A DNA stretch of 64,000 bases from Myxococcota bacterium. Lineage in GTDB: Bacteria > Myxococcota_A > SURF-8. The notes below the pieces were generated by a model. The model had not been told where the DNA came from, did not search any database, and saw only the letters and a program-made list of their open reading frames with translations. The position numbers and the translations under genes were made by a program. The stretch spans positions 1,856,001-1,920,000 of the forward strand of contig OZ223209.1 of assembly GCA_965140415.1 (NCBI GenBank). Direction: 5' to 3'. Shown here piece by piece: positions 8,372-18,186 of the stretch; positions within the stretch are counted from its first letter, which is position 1; the number at the start of each line of letters is the position of its first letter.

Positions 8372-10573
8372 TTACTGCTTGAGTTGCGCGATCATTTTTT
8401 CCAGCAATTCCGAAGCAGCTTTGCTGATGACCGTGCCGGGACCGAAGATCGCCGCGACGCCCTGCTTGTACAGCTCGTCGTAATCCTGCGGAGGAATGAC
8501 GCCGCCTGCGACGATCAGGATATCCTCGCGTCCGAGTTTCGCCAATTCATCGCGCAATTTCGGAATCAGTGTCAGGTGACCGGCGGCCAGCGAACTGACG
8601 CCCACGATGTGCACGTCGTTTTCAACCGCCTGCCTGGCTGTTTCTTCCGGCGTCTGGAACAACGGGCCGATATCCACGTCGAAGCCCAGATCGGCAAAGG
8701 CGGTGGCGATGACCTTCTGGCCTCGGTCGTGACCGTCCTGGCCCATTTTGGCAACCAGAATGCGCGGGTTACGGCCTTCCTCTTCGGCAAAGCGCCGGGT
8801 CAGTTCCAACACGTGTATGCCTCCTTCATCTCCGGCGAGTTCGTTCTGATATACACCGCTGATAATGCGGATGGGCGCTTCGTGGCGACCGTAAACCTTT
8901 TCCAGTGCCGAACTGATTTCACCGACGGTGGCTTTGACACGAGCCGCCTTGACGGAAAGATCCAGCAGGTTGCCCTCGCTGCGATCGGCAGCATTGGTCA
9001 AGGCTTCCAGGGCCTGTTCAACCTCACGCGGGTCGCGGTCGGCGCGCAGTTTTTCCAAACGTGCCACCTGGGAGTCGCGCACGGCACTGTTGTCGATTTT
9101 CAGAATTTCAAGTTCCTGTTCCTGTGTGGGTGGATATTTGTTTACTCCGATAATGGCCTGGCGATTGGAGTCGATACGCGCCTGGGTGCGGGCGCTGGCT
9201 TCTTCGATACGCATTTTCGGCAGACCGGTTTCGATGGCCTTGGCCATACCGCCCAGCGATTCGATTTCGTTGATGTGTTCCAGGGCGCGGTCGTAGAGGT
9301 CGCGGGTGAGCCGTTCGACGTAATAACTTCCGCCCCAGGGATCGGCCACGCGGCAGGTGCCGTTTTCCTGTTGCAGGAAAAGCTGCGTGTTGCGACTGAT
9401 GCGCGCGGAGAAGTCGGAGGGCAGCGCCAGCGCTTCGTCCAGTGAATTGGTGTGCAATGACTGCGTATGACCCTGGGTGGCGGCCATAGCTTCGATGCAG
9501 GTGCGCACCACATTGTTGAAGGGATCTTGCGCCGTTAAACTCCAGCCGGAAGTCTGGCAGTGTGTGCGCAACGACATCGACTTCGGATTTTGCGGATTGA
9601 AGGGCTTGAGCAGCCGAGCCCATAAAAGCCGGGCGGCGCGCAGCTTGGCGACTTCCATGAAGAAGTTCATACCCACTGCCCAGAAGAAACTGATGCGCGG
9701 TGCAAAGGCGTCGATGTCCAGGCCGGCGCGAATACCCGCACGGATGTACTCCAGACCATCGGCGATGGTGTATCCCAGTTCGATGTCCTGGGTCGCACCC
9801 GCTTCCTGCATGTGATAACCGGAAATGCTGATGCTGTTGAAGCGTGGCATGTTCTGAGAGGTGAAACCGAAAATGTCCGCGATGATACGCATGGAAGGTG
9901 TAGGCGGATAAATAAAGGTGTTGCGCACCATGAACTCTTTCAAAATGTCGTTCTGGATGGTGCCCGCCAGTTGCTTGTGCTCCACGCCTTGTTCTTCGGC
10001 GGCGACGATATACAGCGCCATCACTGGCAGCACCGCGCCGTTCATGGTCATCGAGACGCTCATCTTGTCCAGCGGGATGCCGTTGAAAAGGATGCGCATG
10101 TCGTAGATGGAATCGATCGCGACGCCCGCCATGCCGACATCGCCGGTTACACGCGGGTGATCGGAGTCGTAGCCGCGATGGGTGGCCAGATCGAAAGCGA
10201 TGGACAGACCCTTCTGTCCTGCGGCGAGATTGCGGCGGTAAAAGGCGTTACTGGCTTCGGCGGTACTGAAACCGGCATACTGGCGTACCGTCCAGGGACG
10301 CATGACGTACATGGTCGAATAGGGGCCGCGCAAGAAGGGCGGTAGACCCGGCGCGGTATGCAGGTGATCCAAACCATCCAGATCCTGCGCCGTGTATAAA
10401 GGTTTGACCTGGATGCCTTCCGGTGTCGTCCAGTTCAATTCTTCAGGAGCTTTACTGTCCGCTTCCTTGGCGAGTTGCGCCCATTTATTCGCATCGGCTT
10501 CACTATTGCCGGGTTCGAACGGAAGGGAGGAGAAGTCCGGAAACTCGATGGGATTCGTTTTTTGATAGCTCAT
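8372..10573 (-). CDS. mutB: Methylmalonyl-CoA mutase, catalytic B12-binding subunit
   Basis: [31 protein letters not shown] and [11 protein letters not shown] (B12-binding DxHxxG). Confidence 0.97.
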   Translation of the reverse strand: MSYQKTNPIEFPDFSSLPFEPGNSEADANKWAQLAKEADSKAPEELNWTTPEGIQVKPLYTAQDLDGLDHLHTAPGLPPFLRGPYSTMYVMRPWTVRQYAGFSTAEASNAFYRRNLAAGQKGLSIAFDLATHRGYDSDHPRVTGDVGMAGVAIDSIYDMRILFNGIPLDKMSVSMTMNGAVLPVMALYIVAAEEQGVEHKQLAGTIQNDILKEFMVRNTFIYPPTPSMRIIADIFGFTSQNMPRFNSISISGYHMQEAGATQDIELGYTIADGLEYIRAGIRAGLDIDAFAPRISFFWAVGMNFFMEVAKLRAARLLWARLLKPFNPQNPKSMSLRTHCQTSGWSLTAQDPFNNVVRTCIEAMAATQGHTQSLHTNSLDEALALPSDFSARISRNTQLFLQQENGTCRVADPWGGSYYVERLTRDLYDRALEHINEIESLGGMAKAIETGLPKMRIEEASARTQARIDSNRQAIIGVNKYPPTQEQELEILKIDNSAVRDSQVARLEKLRADRDPREVEQALEALTNAADRSEGNLLDLSVKAARVKATVGEISSALEKVYGRHEAPIRIISGVYQNELAGDEGGIHVLELTRRFAEEEGRNPRILVAKMGQDGHDRGQKVIATAFADLGFDVDIGPLFQTPEETARQAVENDVHIVGVSSLAAGHLTLIPKLRDELAKLGREDILIVAGGVIPPQDYDELYKQGVAAIFGPGTVISKAASELLEKMIAQLKQ

Positions 10574-12696
10574 GCCAACACTCCGATCTCCGACAGAGTC
10601 GTGCGCAGGGTTTCGTATACGTCGCAGCCGAGGTAGATGAATGCATCCACTCCCGCCGCTTTATAGTCGGCTTCTTTTTCTCCGGGACGCCCTGCCAATA
10701 ACAGGTGCTTGACTCCGGCGGCTTTCAGAGCCGGTGCGACATCGGGAACGCTTTCCGGGTAGAGATCGTCGGAGGAGCATATGATAGCGATATCGGCCTT
10801 GGATTCCGTGAAAGCGGCGGCGCAGTCGGTGGCGTTATTGAAGCCGTCGTTTGCGACGATTTCGAAACCACCCGCCTGGAAGAAATTGGAGGACCATTCG
10901 GCGCGGCCTTTGTGTTTGGGAATCGGTCCCATGTTCGCCAGGAACACGCTCGGTCGTCGTCCGGTTTTTTGCAGGTGCGCATCGGATGCGTCGCGCAGTT
11001 CTTCGAACGGTGCGGCTTCGTTGTTGAAGGTAAAGGCCGGAATGTGACAGCCTTCGGTGTTGGCGAAAAGCGCGCTGGAGAGCGTTCCCAAACTTGCGCC
11101 ACTCTTAGCAGCTTCAATGGCGGCGGCGGTGCGCTCTGCCAGTTCGAAACTGTTTTCCATCAACACCTGAGCGGCGGTTTTCTGATCGTGTTCCTTTCGC
11201 AGCGCTTGTAAGGATTCCGCCATTCGAGTTTTCACCGTGGCTAGATCCTGTGATGTGCGCTCGATCGATTTTTCCTCGACGTTGGCGAATTCGCTGACGC
11301 CGGTAATCGGATCTTTGCGTTTTTGTACCGCTTTGCGTTTTGCAGAATTGACCGTAGATAACTGTTGCTGGAACCAGCCGTTTTGCAGCACTTCGGACAT
11401 GCCTCCCTGGCTTTCGATCTGCTGGAACAGGGTCCAGGCCGCTTCGCAGAGCTGGTTCGTGAGATTCTCGACATACCAACTACCGCCAGCCGGATCGATG
11501 ACCCGATGCAGGTTGGCTTCTTCTTTAAGAATCGATTGCGTGTTGGTGGCAAGGCGGCGGCTGAAATTCTCGCTCATGCCCAGCATCTCGTCGAAAGGAG
11601 AGGTACTGATGATTTCCGCTCCGCCTGCAATGGCCGAGAAGCATTCCGAGGTGACGCGCAACAGATTGACCCAGGGATCGCGCGCGGTCTTGCTGCGGCG
11701 GCTCGTTTGCGCACGTAGGTAAAGACGTTTAGCGGTTTCATCACCGCCAAGCGCCTCGATCAAGCGCGACCAGAGCAGGCGCAGCGCACGAAGCTTGGCG
11801 ATTTCCGTGAAGAAGTCGCGGCCCACGCTGACACTGAAGAGCAATTGATTCGTTGCCGTTTGCAGCGAAATGCCGCGCTGGTTGACCTGCTTGATGTAGT
11901 TCAACCCGGTGGCCAGAGCGGCGGCAAGTTCCTGCACCGCCGTGGCTCCGGCTTCGGGATAAGTCGTTGTATCCACCAACGTCGTGCGCAGTTTGGGGGC
12001 GTGTTCGTCCGCCCAGGCCATCATATCGGCCATCAGGTCGAAGGCGTTTTGCAGCGAAGTTGGAATGGCATTGTTGCGGGCCAATGCACCGAGCGGATCG
12101 TATCCCAAACTACCGGTCAATGTTTGCGCGTCGGCGTCTTTTTTGGAAGCCAGCCACAGCGCCAGATAGGGCAGGGCGTTGGCACCGGTTTGCAACGAGA
12201 TCGGCGTGCTCGAATCCAGACCGTTGAAGAGACGATTGAAGTCCTCTGCGGTTTGGACGCAAACGCCATCCTGGCCGATATAGTCGGCGGCCTTGGGATC
12301 GTCGGCATCTTGCCCCTGTTGACCGGCTCGATCCATCATTACCCAGACGGAGGTTGCACCTCGCTTCAGATCGTTTCGCATGGCTTCGTTACAGGCGGGG
12401 GCATCAGCCAGCGAGTAGCATTGGCGGACATCCCAGCCGTTTTCGACTGCGCCCAGCGGGGTTGCTCCGCGTGTGTAGGGTGCAGAACCCGGAACGCCTC
12501 GCCCCGCTGTTTCAGCTACGGCATTTTCCATCATGTACAATGGGTTGATAGAAAAGCCTTCGTGCGTTTTCGTGACGAGACGTTTTTCAAAGGGAGCACC
12601 TTTGAGGTCGCGTTGTACAACCTCATGCCATTGCTCCGGAGTCACATCGGGAAAATTTCCCAAACGTACGGTCTTTGTTTCCTGCGTATCGGACAT
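10570..12696 (-). CDS. mutA: Methylmalonyl-CoA mutase, non-catalytic subunit
   Basis: Mutase-like throughout ([42 protein letters not shown]) but lacks DxHxxG; overlaps the mutB start. Confidence 0.92.
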   Translation of the reverse strand: MSDTQETKTVRLGNFPDVTPEQWHEVVQRDLKGAPFEKRLVTKTHEGFSINPLYMMENAVAETAGRGVPGSAPYTRGATPLGAVENGWDVRQCYSLADAPACNEAMRNDLKRGATSVWVMMDRAGQQGQDADDPKAADYIGQDGVCVQTAEDFNRLFNGLDSSTPISLQTGANALPYLALWLASKKDADAQTLTGSLGYDPLGALARNNAIPTSLQNAFDLMADMMAWADEHAPKLRTTLVDTTTYPEAGATAVQELAAALATGLNYIKQVNQRGISLQTATNQLLFSVSVGRDFFTEIAKLRALRLLWSRLIEALGGDETAKRLYLRAQTSRRSKTARDPWVNLLRVTSECFSAIAGGAEIISTSPFDEMLGMSENFSRRLATNTQSILKEEANLHRVIDPAGGSWYVENLTNQLCEAAWTLFQQIESQGGMSEVLQNGWFQQQLSTVNSAKRKAVQKRKDPITGVSEFANVEEKSIERTSQDLATVKTRMAESLQALRKEHDQKTAAQVLMENSFELAERTAAAIEAAKSGASLGTLSSALFANTEGCHIPAFTFNNEAAPFEELRDASDAHLQKTGRRPSVFLANMGPIPKHKGRAEWSSNFFQAGGFEIVANDGFNNATDCAAAFTESKADIAIICSSDDLYPESVPDVAPALKAAGVKHLLLAGRPGEKEADYKAAGVDAFIYLGCDVYETLRTTLSEIGVLA

Positions 12697-12819
12697 TGCC
12701 TATTCCCTTCTCCCAATCTGATCAAAACCGGGCGACAGTGTACAAACTTCCCCACGATTAGTAAAGGTTCCTGCGATCAGGTTTTCTGGATGGATACGTG
12801 TTTTGGCCGAACTATTCCC

Positions 12820-13866
12820 TTATGAAGCGCTTGAGCCGTTTGAACCGCCGTTATCGTTCGGATCGTTGGGGTCGGTCAAGCGCCGGGCTCCAAGCACGAT
12901 CTGCCAGACGCTGTCGAAGTCCTCGTTGGTAAAGGAGGGTACATCATACCCAAGATAGGCGAGTTTCTCCAGTAAAACCTTTCCTGCGTTATAAAGATCC
13001 GGATCGGTGGTTTTCAACTCGGTCATGAGTTGTTCGTTGCAGGCGATATTGAGTCTGGCTGCGATATCTTGCAGGAAATTGGTGCAAAGATCGCGCAGGA
13101 TGGGTTGCATCTTGCTGGAAGCGGAAAAAGTGGCCACTTTATTAACCAGCATGTTCGGTGTGCCTAGCTGTCGTGCGAAAGCCAAATGTGTATTGGAATG
13201 CGGCAGGGTGAGAATGCTGGCCTGTAGAGATCGGATATCCTCGGTGATCGTATCCGGTGAAAGAAAAATAGGAGTGGTTTTGCGCCAGGCGCCGTTCGTT
13301 CCCCTAACCACTACGCCATTGCTTACCAGCCATTTCCAGGCATTGCGGAACTGCTGTTCCGTTTCCTTACGGCTATAACCTTCCGTAACACGCCACAGGT
13401 TGGTTCGTGCCGTTACCCATTTGGGGATTTCTTTTTCATGAACAGGAAAACCCTTTAAATCCAATATGTTACGCAGTAAGGAACATTCCGGGGAAATCCA
13501 GTAGATCAGGCTTTTTACCGGGCTGTCGGTCGGGTCGATCTCTACCAGCTTGCGAACGATGGTCTGTGCTCGGGATTGCAGCCGCTTGCGATTGGTGGAA
13601 GTGCTGAAAGCGGCGATAATTGCCAGTAGTTCGAAGTATGAGCCTTGCAGGCGATTGAATTTCAATGCACGTTTCCAGGCCGCAATATGGTTGATGACCA
13701 GGCGTTCATGCCCATTGAAAACCAGCCCAATGGCCTGGGGGGTTAAACCGATGCGCTTTGAAAGCTCGGAGAAAGTGACAGGGCGGTCTTCCTTCAACCC
13801 TGCAAGGTAGGTTTGTAATGTATAGTGTTTGAATACGTTTTGCAAAAGTGACTCCAACTCGTACAT
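12820..13866 (-). CDS. N-terminal HTH protein, TIGR02147-like
   Basis: VF..Y....YL...K....TFSELSKRIGLTPQAIGLVFNGHERL...ALKF....SYFELL resembles the Fibrobacter/Bdellovibrio TIGR02147 N-terminus; the C-terminus is not recognised. Confidence 0.55.
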   Translation of the reverse strand: MYELESLLQNVFKHYTLQTYLAGLKEDRPVTFSELSKRIGLTPQAIGLVFNGHERLVINHIAAWKRALKFNRLQGSYFELLAIIAAFSTSTNRKRLQSRAQTIVRKLVEIDPTDSPVKSLIYWISPECSLLRNILDLKGFPVHEKEIPKWVTARTNLWRVTEGYSRKETEQQFRNAWKWLVSNGVVVRGTNGAWRKTTPIFLSPDTITEDIRSLQASILTLPHSNTHLAFARQLGTPNMLVNKVATFSASSKMQPILRDLCTNFLQDIAARLNIACNEQLMTELKTTDPDLYNAGKVLLEKLAYLGYDVPSFTNEDFDSVWQIVLGARRLTDPNDPNDNGGSNGSSAS

Positions 13867-13878
13867 GTATAGCAGAAC

Positions 13879-13928
13879 GAAACCAAGGTTTCATATCACT
13901 GGGTTACTCATCGAAAAACCCAGTGATA
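13879..13928. promoter_or_regulatory. Two perfect inverted repeats upstream of the HTH gene
   Basis: GAAACC-AA-GGTTTC (13879-13892) and TATCACTGGGTT-N11-AACCCAGTGATA (13894-13928). Confidence 0.55.
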
Positions 13929-14293
13929 GAGTGATAATGCGGCGCGTCGTTTTGAATGCCAGCAACAAAACTAATGTTTACCTAAGACATTTTCTGTCAC
14001 ACATTATCCGATATTTCAAGTCCTGTGACTGTTTTTTTTGTATTTGATTATCAGGATTGACAATGGGTGTCATAACTGGTTGATATAAAAGTTGAATACA
14101 AATACTGCAGAAGTGCTTTCTTATGGAAAAATTTGCTTTTGGAGTCTGTTGGAGTTGAAATTTCAGGCAAATTGGCAATGGTTTTTGAAAAAAATGAAAG
14201 GGAGTGAAGAAATACGGGGATTGCTGTGAAAATCGATTGACTATGACGACAAGGTTTGTCAGAATAGAACCTACTAGGACCGCCACCTAATTC

Positions 14294-14323
14294 TTGACTT
14301 TTTACTAACCACTATGTTAGCTT
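14294..14323 (+). promoter_or_regulatory. Putative promoter of the Cys-repeat lipoprotein
   Basis: TTGACT-18 nt-TAGCTT with an extended -10 TGn. Confidence 0.45.
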
Positions 14324-14438
14324 TTCCCCCTTCCTGCGAGATAGGATTCGCTGGGACAAGGTAAGTACTCATGCATAGATGTGCGTAGGTTATACCAGAG
14401 TGGGGTATTGTTCAAACGTAATGAAGGAGGAATGTAGG

Positions 14439-16604
14439 ATGAAGAAGAGTTTATGGTTAATGCTGGTGTTGTTGCTGGCGTTCTCGCTCGTCGCATTCGG
14501 TTGCGGCGGTGATGACGAGGATCCGGCCGATGGCGACACCGCCGATGGCGACGGTACGGTTGATGGCGATGGTACGGTCGATGGCGACGGTACGGTCGAT
14601 GGCGACGGTACGGTCGATGGCGATGCTACTGACGGCGATGCCACTGACGGCGATGCTACTGACGGCGATGCTACTGACGGCGATGCCACTGATGGTGACG
14701 CCACTGATGGCGATGCCACTGACGGCGACACCGTAGCTTGTGCTGGTGGTTGTGGCACGAACGCTCACTGCGACGAAGTCAATGACGTGTGTGTGTGCGA
14801 TACTGGCTACGAAGAAGTTAATGGCAACTGCGTTCTCGACGTTGGTCCGGATGCGTTCGAAGCCTGCACCTTTGGTCAGGTCAATCCGACTGCGGGCGAC
14901 TGCTCCGGCGGCGCGTCTTGCATCGGTATGCATGCCACTCCCGATAGCGGCGGCACCCCGGCTCCCTGTTTGACTGACGATGAATGTACCGCTGATATGG
15001 GTTCCATCGCGACTTGCGCGTATGGCTACTGCGGTATCGCCTGGTGTGCGCCGCCTTGCGTCACCGACGATGACTGCCGCCAGATCGACAGCGGTGCCTG
15101 CTGTGGTCCGGTCGGAACCGACACCATGTGCTACCATCCCGATTTCTGCGATGCTCCTGGCGAGCAGGATTGGTTTGAGCCCTGTTCCTTCGGCGAAGTG
15201 AATGCCGATGCCGGTGGTTGTTTGTCCGAGCTGAACTGCATTGGTATGCATGCGGATTCCACCACCAGCCAGCCTGCTCCCTGCACCGCGGATGCGGACT
15301 GTGCCGCTTCTCTGGGTGAGCATGCAGTTTGCGCCGCTGGCTACTGCGGTATTTCCTGGTGTACCGGTGCTTGCACCACCGATGACGATTGTACTGCCAT
15401 CGATGACGGCGCCTGCTGTGGTCCGGTCGGCAGCGACACCATGTGCTACATCTCCGATTTCTGTTCGACGGTCGAACCGGGTGATCAGGAAGCGGGCGAA
15501 GCTTGTACTTTCGGTGCGGTCAACGCTGATGCCGGTGGTTGTGTCCAGGGCGCTTCCTGTATCGGTATGCATGCTGATTCCAGCACCACTTCCCCTGTGC
15601 CTTGCACCGAAGACGCCGACTGCGCCGCCGATTTGGGCGATCGTGCCGTTTGCGCCACGGGTTTCTGTGGAACTTCCTGGTGTGCCGAAAGCTGCACCAC
15701 CGATGATGATTGTGATGCTGTCGGCTACGGTGGTGGTTGCTGTGGTCCGGTTGGCAACGACACCATGTGCTACATCAACGATTTCTGCGCCCAGGCGGGC
15801 GATCAGGAACCTGGCGAAGCCTGTGCTTTCGGCGATGTCAATGCCGAAGCCGGTGATTGTACTGCGGATGGCTCCTGCATCGGTATGCACGCCAATGCCA
15901 GCTCGACTTCTCCTGCGCCTTGCACTGCAGACGCCGACTGTACGGCGGATCTGGGCGACACGGCTGTTTGCGTGACCGGTTACTGCGGCGTGTCCTGGTG
16001 TGCCGAAAGCTGCACCACCGATGACGATTGTACGGCGGCTGGTTATGGTACCAACGGTGGTTGCTGTGGTCCGGTCGGCAGCAGCACCATGTGCTACATC
16101 GAAGGCTTCTGTGCGACTCCTGGCACCAACGACAAGGGCGAAGCCTGTGCTTTCGGTGATGTCAATGCCGAAGCGGGTAACTGCCTTGAAGCTCTGAACT
16201 GCATCGGTATGTATGCGGATGCCGCATCGGCTCAGCCTGCGGCCTGCACCGAGGATGCGGATTGCGCTACCGTGATGGGCTCGGAGGCGGTTTGTGTGTC
16301 CGGTTACTGCGGCATCTCCTGGTGTACCGAAGAATGCACTACCGATGACGATTGTACCGACACCGGTTACGGCGCCGAAGGCGGCTGCTGCGGTCCGGTC
16401 GGCGACGACACGATGTGCTTCGTCGGTGACTTCTGCGAGCCTGTTGTTGATGGCGACGTGGATGGCGATGTTGACGGTGACGTGGTTGTCGACGGCGATG
16501 TGGTCGTGGACGGCGATGTGGTTGTCGACGGTGATGCGGTCGTGGACGGCGATGCGGTCGTGGACGGCGACGTGGTCGAAGACGGCGATGCGCCTGTCGA
16601 ATAA
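14439..16604 (+). CDS. Lipoprotein with five ~105-aa Cys-rich repeats flanked by DGD-repeat tracts
   Basis: SD AAGGAGG; signal MKKSLW...VAFGC; repeat unit C.FG.VN..AG.C....CIGM.A...CCGPVG.DTMCY...FC occurs five times. Confidence 0.85.
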   Translation: MKKSLWLMLVLLLAFSLVAFGCGGDDEDPADGDTADGDGTVDGDGTVDGDGTVDGDGTVDGDATDGDATDGDATDGDATDGDATDGDATDGDATDGDTVACAGGCGTNAHCDEVNDVCVCDTGYEEVNGNCVLDVGPDAFEACTFGQVNPTAGDCSGGASCIGMHATPDSGGTPAPCLTDDECTADMGSIATCAYGYCGIAWCAPPCVTDDDCRQIDSGACCGPVGTDTMCYHPDFCDAPGEQDWFEPCSFGEVNADAGGCLSELNCIGMHADSTTSQPAPCTADADCAASLGEHAVCAAGYCGISWCTGACTTDDDCTAIDDGACCGPVGSDTMCYISDFCSTVEPGDQEAGEACTFGAVNADAGGCVQGASCIGMHADSSTTSPVPCTEDADCAADLGDRAVCATGFCGTSWCAESCTTDDDCDAVGYGGGCCGPVGNDTMCYINDFCAQAGDQEPGEACAFGDVNAEAGDCTADGSCIGMHANASSTSPAPCTADADCTADLGDTAVCVTGYCGVSWCAESCTTDDDCTAAGYGTNGGCCGPVGSSTMCYIEGFCATPGTNDKGEACAFGDVNAEAGNCLEALNCIGMYADAASAQPAACTEDADCATVMGSEAVCVSGYCGISWCTEECTTDDDCTDTGYGAEGGCCGPVGDDTMCFVGDFCEPVVDGDVDGDVDGDVVVDGDVVVDGDVVVDGDAVVDGDAVVDGDVVEDGDAPVE
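14529..14729 (+). repeat. Coding tandem repeats (DGDGTV)x4 and (DGDAT)x7
   Basis: 18-nt and 15-nt units visible in the DNA. Confidence 0.9.
16449..16590 (+). repeat. C-terminal DGD(V/A)VV coding repeats
   Basis: Nine DGD units, 12-18 nt period. Confidence 0.85.
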
Positions 16605-16652
16605 GATCTAGAGGGTTCTCCCCGCTAGATTCACCGATTCTACGGTGATCCC

Positions 16653-16686
16653 CGAGGGGCGCGGTTTTCCGCGCCTCTCGCTTTTT
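16653..16686 (+). terminator. Intrinsic terminator, preceded by two further hairpins
   Basis: CGAGGGGCGCGG-TTTT-CCGCGCCTCTCG-CTTTTT. Confidence 0.8.
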
Positions 16687-16770
16687 ATGCGGTTATTGAC
16701 AGGAAAGCAGCAGTAGGTTGGGTTGCTTTTGCTACCCGTATCTTATGCATAGCGCGGGTTTTAGGTACAT

Positions 16771-16842
16771 AATAAAAGCGCCCTCAACCTGCACTTGAGA
16801 GCGTTAACCAAATAGATCGAAAGGATTTGTTTGTTTGGTTGG
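16771..16842 (-). ncRNA. Candidate ~70-nt small RNA
   Basis: Upstream TTGACA-18 nt-CATACT (16877-16848); AACCAAA/UUUGGUU stem with a UCCUUUC loop; minus-strand-specific terminator with a U tract. Confidence 0.45.
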
Positions 16843-16938
16843 TTTTAAGTATGACTCATGGTATTGGGATTTGTCAAACCCAATTCGCTACAACACCAAA
16901 ATCAGCAGCAGCAGTAGAAATAAGAGCCCAGCAAGATG

Positions 16939-18069
16939 CTATGGCAGGCTAACCGTGGCCCAAACCGGCAGGTGGTCGGAAAGGTCATCGAAAACGCTTT
17001 TTTCGCCGATGTCGGGCTGGGAAAATACATCTTCTGTTGCGAGCAGGATGTCCAGAATCAAGCCGTAGCCGACTTTGGTCCCTCGTTGCTGCACGTCGAG
17101 AGTGGCGTGTGCATCTACATAGCCCGCATGTAAAAACGGTGCGATGGTTTGATCCGATACGGTGCCGAATTCGAGATCGATGGCATAATAGCCACTGTTG
17201 AAGTCACCTCCCAACACCGCAGGATGAGTAAGAGTGGAAAGAGATTGACGCAGTTCCTCTCCTTGAAGGGCGCGGTAGGTTTCCGTGCCGTCGGATTCGA
17301 AGTGAATTGAAGTGACATGAAGCAACTTATCACCATTTTTAACATCAGCAGATAGCGAGATGCGCCCACCAAGGCGAGGTTCCTCCGTTCCGTACCAGAC
17401 GCGCTGATCTTTGTGGCGCAGCAGGGTGACGTTGCCGAGCGGATAGCGGGAAAGAATGGCATTGCCGTGTTCGCAGGTCGCTTCTACCGTGCCGCCGGGA
17501 CCGCCCTCGCGCGGCAACTCGACGAATTCCACTCCGTACACGTAGTTCATCGATAAATGCTGAGCCAGTTCGCGCGTGATGTGACGGTTTCCGGTGCGGC
17601 TGCAACCGCGATCCGATTCCACCAGCAGAATCACGTCCGGTGTCGGCGCATCGACTCCCTCCTGTAGAATCTGCATGATGCGGTCGATCTCATAGCCGCG
17701 TTCGATGTTGTAGGCCATTACCAGCAACTCGTTTTTCGGTTCGGCAGGTGTTTCGATAAAACTTTCACCTTCAATGTCGCAATCGATGGCGATTTTATCC
17801 GCTGCCGATTCAGGGTCATCGGCGTCCGGGCAAAGGAAGTCTTCCATGAAGTCGCGCGGTTGATTTAGCCAGGCGAATTCTTCAAAGTAAAGGGCAGGGG
17901 TATCTGTTTCTGTGGCTTCGGAGTCTCTATCCGCTTCACTGACTTCTGTATCGATTTCATTGTCGCCATCGGGCAGGGAGGAATCGTCATCGGAGGAGCA
18001 GCCGCTTTGTATACCAAGCCAGAAGACGATCGTGGTTGCGAGGCACAGCAAATGGAAAAACTTGTTCAT
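16939..18069 (-). CDS. Endonuclease/exonuclease/phosphatase (EEP) family lipoprotein
   Basis: Lipobox-like QSGC; YNIERG, DVILLVE.D, GNAILSRYP, LGGDFN, LD.L and SDHLPV. Confidence 0.85.
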   Translation of the reverse strand: MNKFFHLLCLATTIVFWLGIQSGCSSDDDSSLPDGDNEIDTEVSEADRDSEATETDTPALYFEEFAWLNQPRDFMEDFLCPDADDPESAADKIAIDCDIEGESFIETPAEPKNELLVMAYNIERGYEIDRIMQILQEGVDAPTPDVILLVESDRGCSRTGNRHITRELAQHLSMNYVYGVEFVELPREGGPGGTVEATCEHGNAILSRYPLGNVTLLRHKDQRVWYGTEEPRLGGRISLSADVKNGDKLLHVTSIHFESDGTETYRALQGEELRQSLSTLTHPAVLGGDFNSGYYAIDLEFGTVSDQTIAPFLHAGYVDAHATLDVQQRGTKVGYGLILDILLATEDVFSQPDIGEKSVFDDLSDHLPVWATVSLP

Positions 18070-18113
18070 TCCGGTAATCCTTATTGAGGGACTTTAAAAA
18101 CCTTCGATTCCGG

Positions 18114-18143
18114 ATCTTATGGCGAAAGGGGAGAGAGGGTCAA
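18114..18143 (-). promoter_or_regulatory. Putative promoter of the EEP gene
   Basis: TTGACC-18 nt-TAAGAT. Confidence 0.45.
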
Positions 18144-18186
18144 GTTTCGTTTTGGTTATAAGAAGAATCTCTAGCAAATGGGAGGA

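Noticed and set aside
12697-12819. Cobalamin riboswitch upstream of mutAB
   Set aside because: Short gap with no B12 box recognised.
12820-14438. Mobile element at the AT-rich region
   Set aside because: No transposase, integrase, terminal repeats or target-site duplication seen.
14850-16440. Multiheme cytochrome or RiPP precursor reading of the Cys repeats
   Set aside because: No CxxCH motifs, no adjacent maturases, and the protein has a lipoprotein signal.
16835-17068. 77-aa plus-strand ORF after AAAGGA
   Set aside because: TTG start, antisense overlap with the EEP gene, no clear promoter and no recognisable features.
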